From Tolypothrix carrinoi HA7290-LM1 (GTDB lineage: Bacteria > Cyanobacteriota > Cyanobacteriia > Cyanobacteriales > Nostocaceae), in the NCBI GenBank assembly GCA_019358935.1, contig JAHHIK010000011.1, forward strand, positions 1 to 64,000: a stretch of 64,000 bases of DNA, written 5' to 3'. Under the pieces are notes generated by a model. The model ran no database searches and was not told the DNA's origin. It worked only from the letters and a program-made list of their open reading frames with translations. Shown one piece after another: positions 41,377-51,201 of this stretch; the first letter of the stretch is position 1; every line of letters begins with the position of its first letter. The translations under genes and the position numbers were made by a program.

Positions 41377-43002
41377 CTACTCAGAGAAGTTATACCAGGT
41401 TAATATACTACCTGAAAAGACGATCGCCGCCAATCCCAAAAATACAGCTTGTAATCCAACGAATGTTTCTGCTACTCCTGCCAATGCCAAGGGTAAAGTA
41501 AGGGCAATATTAATCACATTGTTTTGCAGTCCAAAGACTTTACCACGCATTTCGGGTGGGGTTTCGCTTTGGATCGCTGTTTGCATGGGGATACCGACTA
41601 ACGCTCCACACACACCCAACAGCGCTATTAATAAAAGGATAATCCATAACTGTGTTGTGAATATCGACAAACCAATCAAGGATGCTGTCATACCCATACA
41701 TCCAAATACACTTAATTGGGTATAAGAAAAGCGTTGACAAAATTGACCAAGAATGGTTGCCCCAAGAGCAATACCAACACCACCAGATGCGAGTAAAAAG
41801 CCGAATTGGGAGGCTTTTAAGTTGGGAATTATTTCTGCCATGCGAACCGCGAGAACAGTTAAGGCGGCAAAGACAGAAAATAAGATAATAAGTTGGATTA
41901 AAGCATTGCGAAGGCGATGATTTTCTCCTAGATACTTAAAACCATCACGCAGGTCAGCAAAAACGTGGGGGTATTCTGCTTGATTTGAGTGAGATTTTTC
42001 GTTAGTTGACAAAAGTAACAAAATTATGCTGGCGATCGCATAACTACCACCCACCAAAAGTTCTTTACCCAATCCTCCGCTACCACCAACAATTAACTGC
42101 CAAACATGGTCAGCTAAAGCTAACAGCGGTTCCCCGACAGCAAACCCGACAATCACCGATGCCATCATCGTTGTTGTATACAGCGAGTTAGCCGAGAGTA
42201 AATCTTGCTCTTTCACTACCAAAGGAATCGCTGCTTGTTCTGCTGGTGCAAAAAACTGCGTCAGTGTCGAAACCAAAAAAGTTACAACTAAAATCATGCA
42301 AAAACCAACTGGCAAAACTCCGATTGGCTTCCAATCATGAGTTAACCACAACAGCATTGGAATTGCCAAAACCAAAATACCGCGCCAAACATTCGTTGCT
42401 ACTAGCACTGCCTTTTTTGACCAGCGGTCTACAAATACACCCGCAACAGAACCAAACAACACCGCAGGAATGGTAAAAGTCATCATCAGCGCTGATACCC
42501 AACCGCTAATACTTTGATCGCTTGCCTGAAACTGAGTATTTATCAAAGCAATCATCAGCACTAGATATACTTTATCTGCCAATTGGCAGAAGACTTGACC
42601 ACCCCAAAGAGCTAAAAAATTAGGATTTTTGAATACAGGTAAAAAACCCTGTTCACCATCAGCTGATACAGCTTCCTTATTATCTGGCGGTTCTTTGCCA
42701 TTTGTAGAGGTTAATGGCTTATGCTCAGAAGCATCAATTTTGCCATTTTCAGCGGTTTTTTTTTCGCCACCTTTTGTGAGATCGCTTTTTGGTATTTCCG
42801 AGTTTGACAAATTTTTCTCGTTTTGATAAACGTCTGGAGACATTTCTTGGCTATACAAGCGATCGCTTGTATTCGGTACAGCACTAAGATGTGGTGCTTG
42901 TGGTGATGAGTTGAGTGTCCTATTATGTTTTTTGCCGTGACTGGGGGAGCGCGGCAAGATTTTTGGTTCTAAATCAGACGGTTGCATCATAGTTGGCAGC
43001 AA
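41377..43002 (-). CDS. MFS transporter with long disordered N-terminus
   Basis: 'NFLALWGGQ', '[11 protein letters not shown]', 'QFFAPAEQ', 'PEMRGKVFG'; about 12 TM segments. Confidence 0.9.
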   Translation of the reverse strand: MLPTMMQPSDLEPKILPRSPSHGKKHNRTLNSSPQAPHLSAVPNTSDRLYSQEMSPDVYQNEKNLSNSEIPKSDLTKGGEKKTAENGKIDASEHKPLTSTNGKEPPDNKEAVSADGEQGFLPVFKNPNFLALWGGQVFCQLADKVYLVLMIALINTQFQASDQSISGWVSALMMTFTIPAVLFGSVAGVFVDRWSKKAVLVATNVWRGILVLAIPMLLWLTHDWKPIGVLPVGFCMILVVTFLVSTLTQFFAPAEQAAIPLVVKEQDLLSANSLYTTTMMASVIVGFAVGEPLLALADHVWQLIVGGSGGLGKELLVGGSYAIASIILLLLSTNEKSHSNQAEYPHVFADLRDGFKYLGENHRLRNALIQLIILFSVFAALTVLAVRMAEIIPNLKASQFGFLLASGGVGIALGATILGQFCQRFSYTQLSVFGCMGMTASLIGLSIFTTQLWIILLLIALLGVCGALVGIPMQTAIQSETPPEMRGKVFGLQNNVINIALTLPLALAGVAETFVGLQAVFLGLAAIVFSGSILTWYNFSE

Positions 43003-43978
43003 AATAAGAATCGATCAACGCAGCGGAGCGAATAGGACGACCTAAATGATATTGAGCATATAAGCGCAAAATTTGCTCAACAGATAACCAGCCATCATTG
43101 GCAGCATCAATAGGCATTATCTCTGGTTGCGACAACTGCTGGAGCATAGCCAGTTCTGTCGCATTTAGTCGGCTAGAAAGCACTGGTATTTCTTGGCGAT
43201 GGACAATGGTTTCGTAGGTTGAGGAGGATGGGGAAGACAAGGGAGAGGGGGGAGACAAGGGAGAGGGGGAGGACAAGGGAGAGATAGGAATTTGTTTCTT
43301 ACCCCCTTGTCCCCCCTGTCTCCCTTGTCCCCCTTGTCCCCCTTGTCCCCCTCTCTCCCACTCCCCCCCTCTCCCTTTCTCCCCTTCTTTTCGCAAGCGC
43401 TCCAAAGCTTGTAAACTAACTGTTCCACCAGCAGAGACACTAAATCCTACCTGAGCCTTGGGGTCTGAAAAGTCTGGTATTAAGGGACTTTGAGTCAAGC
43501 AACAAACTTGCACTTGGGGGGTGAGTCCTGAATTCGCTAAAAGGTGAAATACAGCATGTGCCAGATGAGCGAAAATACTTTTTACTTGTGTGGTGGGTAT
43601 CGCTTCCAACCTACCCAGATGTTCATTGAGTAACTCATACAATTCCTCTTGGGGTTGTTCGCTTAGAGCTTGACATAATACAATTTCTGCTAAATACTGA
43701 CTAGCAGCTAGTTTTCCTAAGTCTTTACCAAGACCTGGATAAGTTTTTATAGTTTGCGCTTGTGTAATTTTGTCAAGCGATCGCCCTTGGGCAATCAGTA
43801 GTTCATTGACAACAAACATCCCGCTCCTACCACCAAGGCTTGATTTGTGCTTGCGTGCCCCTGGAGCAATTGCTCGAATCAAACCAAACTCTCGTGTCAA
43901 AATTGTCACTAGCCTATCGGCTTCGCCAAACGCCTGGGTTTTCAGATTAATCCCAGTTGCTTTATAAGTTCTACTCAT
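42974..43978 (-). CDS. recO: DNA repair protein RecO (with in-frame repeat-derived insertion)
   Basis: '[40 protein letters not shown]'; C-terminal '[12 protein letters not shown]'. Confidence 0.95.
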   Translation of the reverse strand: MSRTYKATGINLKTQAFGEADRLVTILTREFGLIRAIAPGARKHKSSLGGRSGMFVVNELLIAQGRSLDKITQAQTIKTYPGLGKDLGKLAASQYLAEIVLCQALSEQPQEELYELLNEHLGRLEAIPTTQVKSIFAHLAHAVFHLLANSGLTPQVQVCCLTQSPLIPDFSDPKAQVGFSVSAGGTVSLQALERLRKEGEKGRGGEWERGGQGGQGGQGRQGGQGGKKQIPISPLSSPSPLSPPSPLSSPSSSTYETIVHRQEIPVLSSRLNATELAMLQQLSQPEIMPIDAANDGWLSVEQILRLYAQYHLGRPIRSAALIDSYFAANYDATV

Positions 43979-44155
43979 TAGTCATTGGTCAAAGTCGGTT
44001 AGTAGTTAGTGGTTAGTAGTTAGTGGTGAGGCAGCGCGGTCATGTTCGTTACCCCCATGAGCGACTGCCTCTCCCGTTGGGTTAGTAGTTAGTAGTGAAG
44101 AAAATCGACTAACTACTAACAATTCCCCGACTAACAAAAAACAAATAACTACTCT

Positions 44156-44830
44156 CTATGATTCCAGGGTATCGCGCTGGCGGATCAAATCGATACCGCG
44201 AGAAGTGCCTAATCTAGTCGCACCCGCTACAATTAAGTCTAAAGCTTGCGAGGCGGTACGAATTCCTCCTGAAGCTTTAATTCCCACTCTTTCTCGTGCC
44301 ACTTCTTTCAAAAGTCGTACATCTGCCACTGTCGCACCACCATTCCAGCCTGTACAGGTTTTGAGAAATGCTGCCCCTGCATCCATAGCTATTTCTGCTG
44401 CCACGCTTTTCTCCGTATCCGTCAGCAGATTAGTTTCCAATATTACCTTTACTTGTTGCCCAGCGGCTTCGCAAATTTCGGCAATTTCCCGATGTATTTC
44501 CTCAGTTTTGCCAGCTTTCAACCAGCCCAAATTAATTACCACATCCAATTCAGCAGCACCATTTTCTAGTGCTTCTTGAGCTTCAAACAGCTTGACGGCT
44601 GAAGTTGTAGCCCCAGTGGGAAAGCCAATCACCGTACAGACTTTAGGATTTTTGCCGTGGAGGAGTTCCGCCGCTTGCTTGACATGGACGGGGTAGACGC
44701 AAACCGCTGCAAAGCCAAATCTGTCTGCTTCTTCACACCATTGCTTAACGTGCTCGCTTGTAGCCGTGGGCATCAGCAGCGCATGATCGATGTATGGCGC
44801 AATATCAATGTCTGGATAATCTGCTGCCAT
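44156..44830 (-). CDS. deoC: Deoxyribose-phosphate aldolase
   Basis: 'IDHALL', 'VIGFPTG', 'ELDVVIN', 'KVILET', 'KASGGIR', 'GATRLGTS'. Confidence 0.97.
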   Translation of the reverse strand: MAADYPDIDIAPYIDHALLMPTATSEHVKQWCEEADRFGFAAVCVYPVHVKQAAELLHGKNPKVCTVIGFPTGATTSAVKLFEAQEALENGAAELDVVINLGWLKAGKTEEIHREIAEICEAAGQQVKVILETNLLTDTEKSVAAEIAMDAGAAFLKTCTGWNGGATVADVRLLKEVARERVGIKASGGIRTASQALDLIVAGATRLGTSRGIDLIRQRDTLES

Positions 44831-44974
44831 TGTTACTTTTACCAGTAATTGATTATTAAACTTTATTTAGAATCTTAAAGACATTTTTATTAAATTAAAC
44901 CATAATTCGTGACATTTTTCTTGAGTATGTGACAGCTGATTGAGTGTTGAGGGTAGTTTCGCTCTCTATTACCC

Positions 44975-46219
44975 TTAGTGTTTAAGTTGACATTCGGCAC
45001 TCGTCAGGGTAAGAAAATGAAAAGCATTGCGATCGCTGCAAAGCGTGCCGTAGCGATCGCCCCCGAATCGAGCATCGCCTGTTGCTAAAAAGTCAAGGAT
45101 AGTTTGCGCTAACTTTTTTGCAGCTAGATATGGTACACCATTACCAATAGTTTTAAACATATTCGTCAACGTCATATTCTCTGGAAGCACAAAATTTGCG
45201 GGTAAAGATTGTATCGCTAAAGCTTCCGCTACAGAAATTCTTCTAACTTTGTAGGGATGCAAATGTACTTCATTATTGCCATAACAAGCTGTGGGAGAAT
45301 AACGCCATCGGTGAAGACGCTTATAAGACTTTTTGGAATCATCTCCTTCATCAACAACAGCAAATTTTTTTATACCAGCCCTAGGTTGAAAATAGTGTTT
45401 TGAATTGGCATGATTTAATACATCATTTTTTCTAAACCAGTATTCAACAGTTAGTTCCTGAAGAATCCCATCAGGAGATGACAGTATAGAATCTTCTTTG
45501 AATAATTCACGCATCCCCCAAGGGTAAGAAAAGACTTTATCTTGAGGATATAAAATATGCTTTTTCCAAGGAAAAGTACCTTCAGGAAGAATATTTTCAC
45601 TCGGAAGTATTATTCCCATATCTTGAATAAGCTTTTTTTGAAAGCCAATAAGAATAATTCTTTCTCTATCTTGAGGTACACCATATTCAATCGCATTAAT
45701 TAACCGCTCTGTTAATACATAACCAGCTTGCTGCAATTGTTGTTTCAGCGCTTCAAAAAATAAACGGTGTTTTGTCGTCTTCCACAATCCCTTGACGTTT
45801 TCAAATAAAAAGAAATCAGGTTGCTGTTGGCAAATTAATTCAACATAGGAAGCCGAAAGTTTACCATTATCTCCCAAGCGTCCTTTGTTCTTACCACCAA
45901 CAGAAAAATCAGGACAAGGAGGACCACCAATAAAACCAATTATATTATTAGATTTGCGGCAATCTTGTACTAACTCTCGCAGACGTTGTGCTGGTAAACC
46001 TTCAATAAGTTTGGTTACGTCGGCTTCTTCCCCATAATGATATCCGTATTTCGGTAATGGCAGATTGAGAGCCTGCCGTGAATAACGATATGCTGTCATG
46101 AAAGGGGAAAAAAGTTCATTTACATAAACGATATTAAAACCGTTGGTTTCAAAACCTAAATCAAGGAAACCAGAGCCGGCAAAAAAGGAAAAGATGGAAG
46201 GGCGATCGCTTGTCATCAC
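44975..46219 (-). CDS. Orphan C5-cytosine DNA methyltransferase (Cfr10I-like, possibly RCCGGY)
   Basis: Motif I 'FFAGSG', IV 'GGPPCPDFS', VI 'ENVKG', VIII 'QDRER', X 'IGNGVP'. The TRD 'RLHRWRYSPTACYGNNEVHLHP' is recalled from Cfr10I-type enzymes. Confidence 0.9.
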   Translation of the reverse strand: MMTSDRPSIFSFFAGSGFLDLGFETNGFNIVYVNELFSPFMTAYRYSRQALNLPLPKYGYHYGEEADVTKLIEGLPAQRLRELVQDCRKSNNIIGFIGGPPCPDFSVGGKNKGRLGDNGKLSASYVELICQQQPDFFLFENVKGLWKTTKHRLFFEALKQQLQQAGYVLTERLINAIEYGVPQDRERIILIGFQKKLIQDMGIILPSENILPEGTFPWKKHILYPQDKVFSYPWGMRELFKEDSILSSPDGILQELTVEYWFRKNDVLNHANSKHYFQPRAGIKKFAVVDEGDDSKKSYKRLHRWRYSPTACYGNNEVHLHPYKVRRISVAEALAIQSLPANFVLPENMTLTNMFKTIGNGVPYLAAKKLAQTILDFLATGDARFGGDRYGTLCSDRNAFHFLTLTSAECQLKH

Positions 46220-46273
46220 ATTAACGCTGCTTACTCTAAACTAAAGTATATTAGCGCCATATCCCGCTGCTAA

Positions 46274-46777
46274 TTGCAAGTTTTATGCCGAAAGAAGATA
46301 AATTTGATTTATCACAAGCTAGCACCTCTGATATCCTCGGTTATGATGACTTTCGAGCGTGAACTGAAAACACGGATTTCTCACGCTCAATTACGAGCGG
46401 CTGTTGCTGTCAACAAAGAGTTAGTATTACTTTACTGGCAAATTGGGCGAGATATTCTTCACAGACAGCAGCAGCAAGGATGGGGAGCAAAAGTAATCAA
46501 CCGTCTTGCAACTGACTTGCAGCAAGCTTTTCCAGAAATCAAAGGTTTCTCACCAAAGACGGCTTCGGTTGCCCATCCCACGGCTGGGGTGGGAGGAATC
46601 GCCGTCCGCCGTCTTGGGCACAGTCTAATTCCGTATTCCTTAGAAGCACAAAAGCCAGTTTTTGATTGTACTAGTGCAGATGGTCTTCGGGGGGCACACA
46701 TTAGTAGAGCCAGAGACTCAGTTGATTATTTTGAACCGATAGTAAAAAGGCTTCTGACCGTAATTAATAATATCTAA
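46274..46777 (+). pseudogene. Chimeric remnant: DUF1016/YhcG N-terminal fragment joined to an unrelated C-terminal fragment
   Basis: 'LKTRISHAQLRAAVAVNKELVLLYWQIGRDIL..QQGWGAKVI.RLA.DL...FP..KGFS' stops after about 70 aa at a GC-rich hairpin (46558-46616). Confidence 0.75.
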
Positions 46778-46843
46778 AAATACATTGCTTTAATAAGTGT
46801 AGGGTAGGCAATGCCCACCCTACTCAACTTTGCGCCTTTGCGC

Positions 46844-46915
46844 CTTTGCGTGAGATTACTCTTCCTACCTTTTAATCACCAATAGCTTCAGCCTGTGCTT
46901 CTGGTAACAAACGCT
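46844..46915. repeat. Direct repeat copy A of the DUF697 gene 3' end (partner 47687-47758)
   Basis: 72-bp near-identical copies; the minus strand encodes RLLPEAQAEAIGD* versus RLLPEAQAEAISG*. Confidence 0.92.
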
Positions 46916-46962
46916 GCATATCCCAAGTCGATATTTAGAGCAATCTCACAAGGATTTGAACT

Positions 46963-47211
46963 ATGTCTGAACCATTCATTGACCTTGATGCAATTTTCAA
47001 TCATGCTTTGCAGGAAACCGAAGATGGTATGAAACTTGGCTTTGATATTAGTGAACCTTGTCTTGTGACACCGTTAGAATGGTACGCCAATAAATATCCA
47101 GAGATTGCGGAACGCTGCAATAAAGCTTTGTTAGAACTTATTGATAAGCAAGCAGCTACTACTCCTGAATTAGTAGCTGCATACTCTGAAATTGATCTGG
47201 ACGGATTTTAA
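46963..47211 (+). CDS. Small acidic hypothetical protein
   Basis: 82 aa with an AAGGA RBS; lies inside the direct-repeat-bounded cassette. Confidence 0.7.
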   Translation: MSEPFIDLDAIFNHALQETEDGMKLGFDISEPCLVTPLEWYANKYPEIAERCNKALLELIDKQAATTPELVAAYSEIDLDGF

Positions 47212-47268
47212 AGGCAGCGGAGATATTGGAATAAATAAAAATAACCTAGTAGGTTAAAGAATTAAAAC

Positions 47269-47607
47269 TTATTTTGGCAAAATTTTCATGATATAGTCAA
47301 TCATTTGTTTAACAGTTACGTACCCATTTAAAAAGTATCCTTCAGGAATTTTTATCCCGAATTCTTCTTCTATAGCTATCAAGAATTCAACTTGATCTAT
47401 TTCATCTATACCTAGAGGATTTACTTTTGGATCAGTAGTGACACGACTAAAACCGCAAGAAATCCTCGCGTCAAATGGAGATATGAATTCCACAGGAAGA
47501 AAAATTGGTGTGTCTAAAGTGATACTCTCTTTCTCTGCTAATAATTGTTCTGCTATAACTTGCTGCAATTTTGGGAAAATATCTAAAAAAGAATATTTAT
47601 CAACCAT
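47269..47607 (-). CDS. Acyl-carrier-protein-like protein lacking the DSL serine
   Basis: 'IFPKLQQVIAEQL...ITLDT' and 'LGIDEIDQVEFLIAIEEEFGIKIP...TVKQMIDYI' match the ACP helix pattern; DSLD is replaced by DEID. Confidence 0.75.
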   Translation of the reverse strand: MVDKYSFLDIFPKLQQVIAEQLLAEKESITLDTPIFLPVEFISPFDARISCGFSRVTTDPKVNPLGIDEIDQVEFLIAIEEEFGIKIPEGYFLNGYVTVKQMIDYIMKILPK

Positions 47608-47714
47608 TTAATTTAATACGTTTTAAATAATTTACTTGATTAAGTCTCACGCAAAGACAAAGAAGAAATCCTTTGCGTCTTTGCGGCTTTGCGTGAGATT
47701 ATTCTTCCTACCTT

Positions 47715-49136
47715 TTAACCACTAATAGCTTCAGCCTGTGCTTCTGGTAACAAACGCTTCACACCTTGCTTAACAAACCCCTGCAAAAAACCAATTTGCT
47801 GATTTTGCACAAAGACATTTTGCAACGTTTGCCGCAATTTATCGAGATTCAAACCACCTTCAGAATTTAAGGCAATTTCCTGCTGCTCGAAATACTCGAT
47901 TAAGCTTAAACCTGCTACTCTGGTAAGATAAGCTGCACTCACACCTTGCACGACACCACCAGCAACAAAGGTGACAGCATTACTCTTGAGGACAGTGCTA
48001 ACAGCTTTCGTAGAAAGTTCTACCAAACCGAGTTTCAGCATCAAACTTCCCATTGCACCGGCTACAGTTTGCGCTTGTTCAAGGGAAAATTTCTGCTGAT
48101 AAATACCACCCAAATCGATTACCATTTGGGCATTAATTGCCGCTGTTGCCAAAATATCCAACGCTGGTACTGGGTTAGCGAATGCCGCAGCCGCAGCGAT
48201 CCACTGATATTGTTCTATTATGGGAGTTGCGCGATCGCCTCTCACCTGATTCAACAACTTCTTCGCATCAGCTTTCAGCAACTTCGCTTTTCTCATCGTA
48301 GTTGTCCACACCAGTTGTTGTTTTTGCTGTGCGACAATCTCATTTAACTGCTGCGTCAACTGCTGAATGTCTGGTGCAGGTTGTTCCATCCATTCTTGCA
48401 GGGAACCGTCTTCTTGATGCTTCCGCACCTTGATGGGCAAAGGAGACACCGCTGTTGCAACTACATTCGTCTGCATCCGCTGTTTCAACGACAGTAACAC
48501 GCTTGCGCGTTCGTCTGGTAAATACTGGTCTTGTTTGTTGAAAACCAGCATTGCAGGTTGATTTGCTGCCTTTAACTGCTGTAAACTTTTAAATTCTGAA
48601 TCTGTCAAATCACCGTTTGTCAAAAACAGAACAAAATCAGATTGATTAACTTCTGAAGTAGCAGTATCTGACTTTTCACTTGCTTCTACAAACAAAGGTG
48701 CTGTTTCGTTGAATTGTACAGATGCGAAATTTTTCCGTAGAACTTGAATTAAGGTGGTTTTACCTACCGACTTTCCACCAGTAACAGCTAGTTTAATTTC
48801 TTGTCTATCTAATTCAAAGAATAATTGATTAACTTGTTCTCGCAGCGTTTTTAAAGCTGGATGGTTTTCAGCTTCACCTGCAAGTTGGTTAATTACGACT
48901 TCAGTAAGTGCGATCGCTTCTTCTACTCTAGCCCGATTTACAGGCATTCCATCAAAGATATCAGAAGCATTTTTGCCGCGATTTGGCTTAAATAACCACA
49001 AACCACCACCAACTGCTACGAGACTCAATAAACCAAACTCTCCCACCTGCACCATTGAATGGTGCATATTTTGCAAAATCCATAGAGAAAAGGACAGTCC
49101 CAATCCTCCCACTAAAATCGGTCGCTGCAACTTCAC
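47715..49136 (-). CDS. DUF697/YcjF-family P-loop GTPase-like membrane protein
   Basis: 'GGKSVGKTT', 'GDLTDSE', 'NKQDQY', 'AAAFANPVPALD'; GTG start at 49136 after a GGAGAA RBS. Confidence 0.85.
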   Translation of the reverse strand: MKLQRPILVGGLGLSFSLWILQNMHHSMVQVGEFGLLSLVAVGGGLWLFKPNRGKNASDIFDGMPVNRARVEEAIALTEVVINQLAGEAENHPALKTLREQVNQLFFELDRQEIKLAVTGGKSVGKTTLIQVLRKNFASVQFNETAPLFVEASEKSDTATSEVNQSDFVLFLTNGDLTDSEFKSLQQLKAANQPAMLVFNKQDQYLPDERASVLLSLKQRMQTNVVATAVSPLPIKVRKHQEDGSLQEWMEQPAPDIQQLTQQLNEIVAQQKQQLVWTTTMRKAKLLKADAKKLLNQVRGDRATPIIEQYQWIAAAAAFANPVPALDILATAAINAQMVIDLGGIYQQKFSLEQAQTVAGAMGSLMLKLGLVELSTKAVSTVLKSNAVTFVAGGVVQGVSAAYLTRVAGLSLIEYFEQQEIALNSEGGLNLDKLRQTLQNVFVQNQQIGFLQGFVKQGVKRLLPEAQAEAISG

Positions 49137-49348
49137 AACTATGATTCTCCGCGCTTTTTCGATCCCTTCTCCTCCAGAATAGATCAAAAATTCCCTTGGA
49201 CAAATTCCACAGGCAACTCCAGACAATCTTCTTTACTTACAAACGGCAGTAAAATTAACTCCCAAGTGTTGTGATACCGGGCTAAACGTGGTTTACCTGC
49301 CGCTTGTCAGTCTCAACAAAGTGTATTTTGGTATCATAGCTTATGAAC
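49108..49348. repeat. Direct repeat copy (about 241 bp; partner 51126-51367) containing the endonuclease 3' end and the DUF697 5' end
   Basis: First about 159 bp differ at 2 positions by eye; the last about 80 bp are more diverged and carry a 1-bp indel. Confidence 0.95.
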
Positions 49349-49350
49349 CA

Positions 49351-49441
49351 TAGGACTTACGCAACAAGGACTTGAAAGCGTTATACCGTAGCGATAATTC
49401 ATGAATTATCGCTACTTGAGTTATGTTTTGCGCTCATTCCT
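49351..49441. mobile_element. Small MITE-like element with internal GTAG palindrome
   Basis: Ends AGGACTTACGCA / TGCGCTCATTCCT; internal GTAGCGATAATTCATGAATTATCGCTAC; a related copy is at 57326-57422. Confidence 0.6.
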
Positions 49442-49548
49442 GAACCAATACGGTTCAGTTAAAACTCAAATTTAGGTAAATAAAGTATTGTTGCCAAAAA
49501 TGATAATTGAGTGTCGTGTATCTCAGGGATTTATAGCCGCTCCAAAAG

Positions 49549-50457
49549 GTGAGAGTCATGTCAAAGACAGAGCATGAATGCTGCGCTATAGAAAAGGCAA
49601 TCTTAAAAAGCTTTAATCGTCAATCTCTACTCTCCAACGACAATTTGCTTTGGAGCGGTATCCGCTTCCAGTTCACTCATAGCAACAGCGCAAGTGCATT
49701 GCCAGAGGAGATTATCTTTCCAGAAAATGCGATTCATATTTATACAGAAATGCCGTCTGATTATGTTATTGAAGCGCGAATTAATGGACGATCGCAAAAA
49801 AGCTCGCTTGTCACGGGTCATAGTCTCATCATTCCACGCGGCACTGCTTATTGGCAATCAGACAACCACAAAAGCAAAGGCATTACTTTAGGTTTGAATT
49901 CCAGCTTTCTTGCCCGCACTCTCTCTGAATCGATTGACTTAGATTGTCTGGAACTGCAACCGCAATTTCCGACGTTTGACCCCCTCATTTATCAAATTGG
50001 GCTAGCGCTAAAAGCTGAATTAGAACAGAATCGGTATTCTAGCCGCTTATATGCAGAATCTGCCGCGACGTTTCTCGTCACCCATCTTTTCCACCATTAC
50101 GCTTGTCGCTTGACAAAAGAGCAAATCACAACAAGTGGCTTGCCTAAGTACAAATTACAACAAGTCATTGATTACATTCATGCCAACCTTGACTGTGATA
50201 TTGGCTTGACTGAATTGGCTGACTTGGCTTTGATGAGTCTCTCCCACTTCTCTCGATTATTCAAACAATCAACGGGATACTCACCCCATCAGTTTGTCAT
50301 CAAGTGCCGCGTCGAGCAAGCTCGTGAACTCCTCCTCAAAAGTGATTTGTCGATCGCGGATATCAGTTATCAAGTCGGCTTTGCCAATCAGGGGCATTTA
50401 ACCAATCATTTTAAGCGTCTGCTAGGAGTCACGCCTAAAGTCGTTCGAGAAAAATAG
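49549..50457 (+). CDS. AraC-family transcriptional regulator
   Basis: C-terminal double HTH 'LAD.A.MS.SHFSRLFKQSTG.SPHQF', 'SIADISYQVGFANQGHLTNHFKR..GVTP'. Confidence 0.95.
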   Translation: MRVMSKTEHECCAIEKAILKSFNRQSLLSNDNLLWSGIRFQFTHSNSASALPEEIIFPENAIHIYTEMPSDYVIEARINGRSQKSSLVTGHSLIIPRGTAYWQSDNHKSKGITLGLNSSFLARTLSESIDLDCLELQPQFPTFDPLIYQIGLALKAELEQNRYSSRLYAESAATFLVTHLFHHYACRLTKEQITTSGLPKYKLQQVIDYIHANLDCDIGLTELADLALMSLSHFSRLFKQSTGYSPHQFVIKCRVEQARELLLKSDLSIADISYQVGFANQGHLTNHFKRLLGVTPKVVREK

Positions 50458-50652
50458 CAGAAACGTGTAAAAAAAGTCAAAACTTGTAAGATTAACTAAG
50501 AGTGCGATCGCTACTTTAGAAATCAGGATGCGCTGCAAGTGTCATTTGCTAGGCTGGATACTTTTATCCACCCTACAAGTTAAAAATTATAGCAGATTGC
50601 AACTGCGTCCTAGAAGTAACAAAACTTAGAGCTTCCAAGGAAAGATATTCTT

Positions 50653-51066
50653 ATGGGAATAAAATTTACCGGCGGTTGTCTGTGCGGATCTGTCCGCTAT
50701 GAATGTTCAGCCGAACCGCTTGCAATGGGCAATTGTCACTGTCGCGATTGTCAACGAGTGACAGGAAGTGCTTATGCTTCCGGACTTATGGTGCCGCAGA
50801 ATACAGTTACCATCACCGGAGATGTGAAATACTATGATGTAATTGGCGATAGTGGCAGCATTGTTGGTCGGGGCTTTTGCCCAAACTGCGGTTCCCGATT
50901 ATTTAGCAAACCCCCAAACCCTGAGCTTATGAACATTATGGCAGGGAGTCTCGATGACCCAAGCTGGTTTAGACCTGTAATGGATGTTTATACAGCCAGT
51001 GCCCAGCCGTGGGATTACATGAACCCGGATCTGCACAAATTTGCCAAGATGCCACCGATGCTTTAA
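50653..51066 (+). CDS. GFA (glutathione-dependent formaldehyde-activating, Mss4-like) family protein
   Basis: 'GGCLCGSVRY', 'CHCRDCQR', 'FCPNCGS' zinc motifs. Confidence 0.93.
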   Translation: MGIKFTGGCLCGSVRYECSAEPLAMGNCHCRDCQRVTGSAYASGLMVPQNTVTITGDVKYYDVIGDSGSIVGRGFCPNCGSRLFSKPPNPELMNIMAGSLDDPSWFRPVMDVYTASAQPWDYMNPDLHKFAKMPPML

Positions 51067-51201
51067 AGTCCCGCGTCATGATGCCTGCCAGACCAACCAC
51101 GCTTCGTCCGCATCAAGAGTGGCAGCCCACTAAAATTGGTCGCTGCAACTTCACAACTATGATTCTCCGCGCTTTTTCGATCCCTTCTCCTCCAGAATAG
51201 A

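Noticed and set aside
49137..49226. N-terminal extension of DUF697 (MSGVACGICPREF..) in the ORF track
   Set aside because: It runs through the duplicated endonuclease 3' end; the GTG at 49136 with a GGAGAA RBS is the more plausible start
51009..51200. 63-aa ORF sharing its C-terminus with ORF 48973-49182
   Set aside because: By-product of the 241-bp direct repeat read antisense to DUF697
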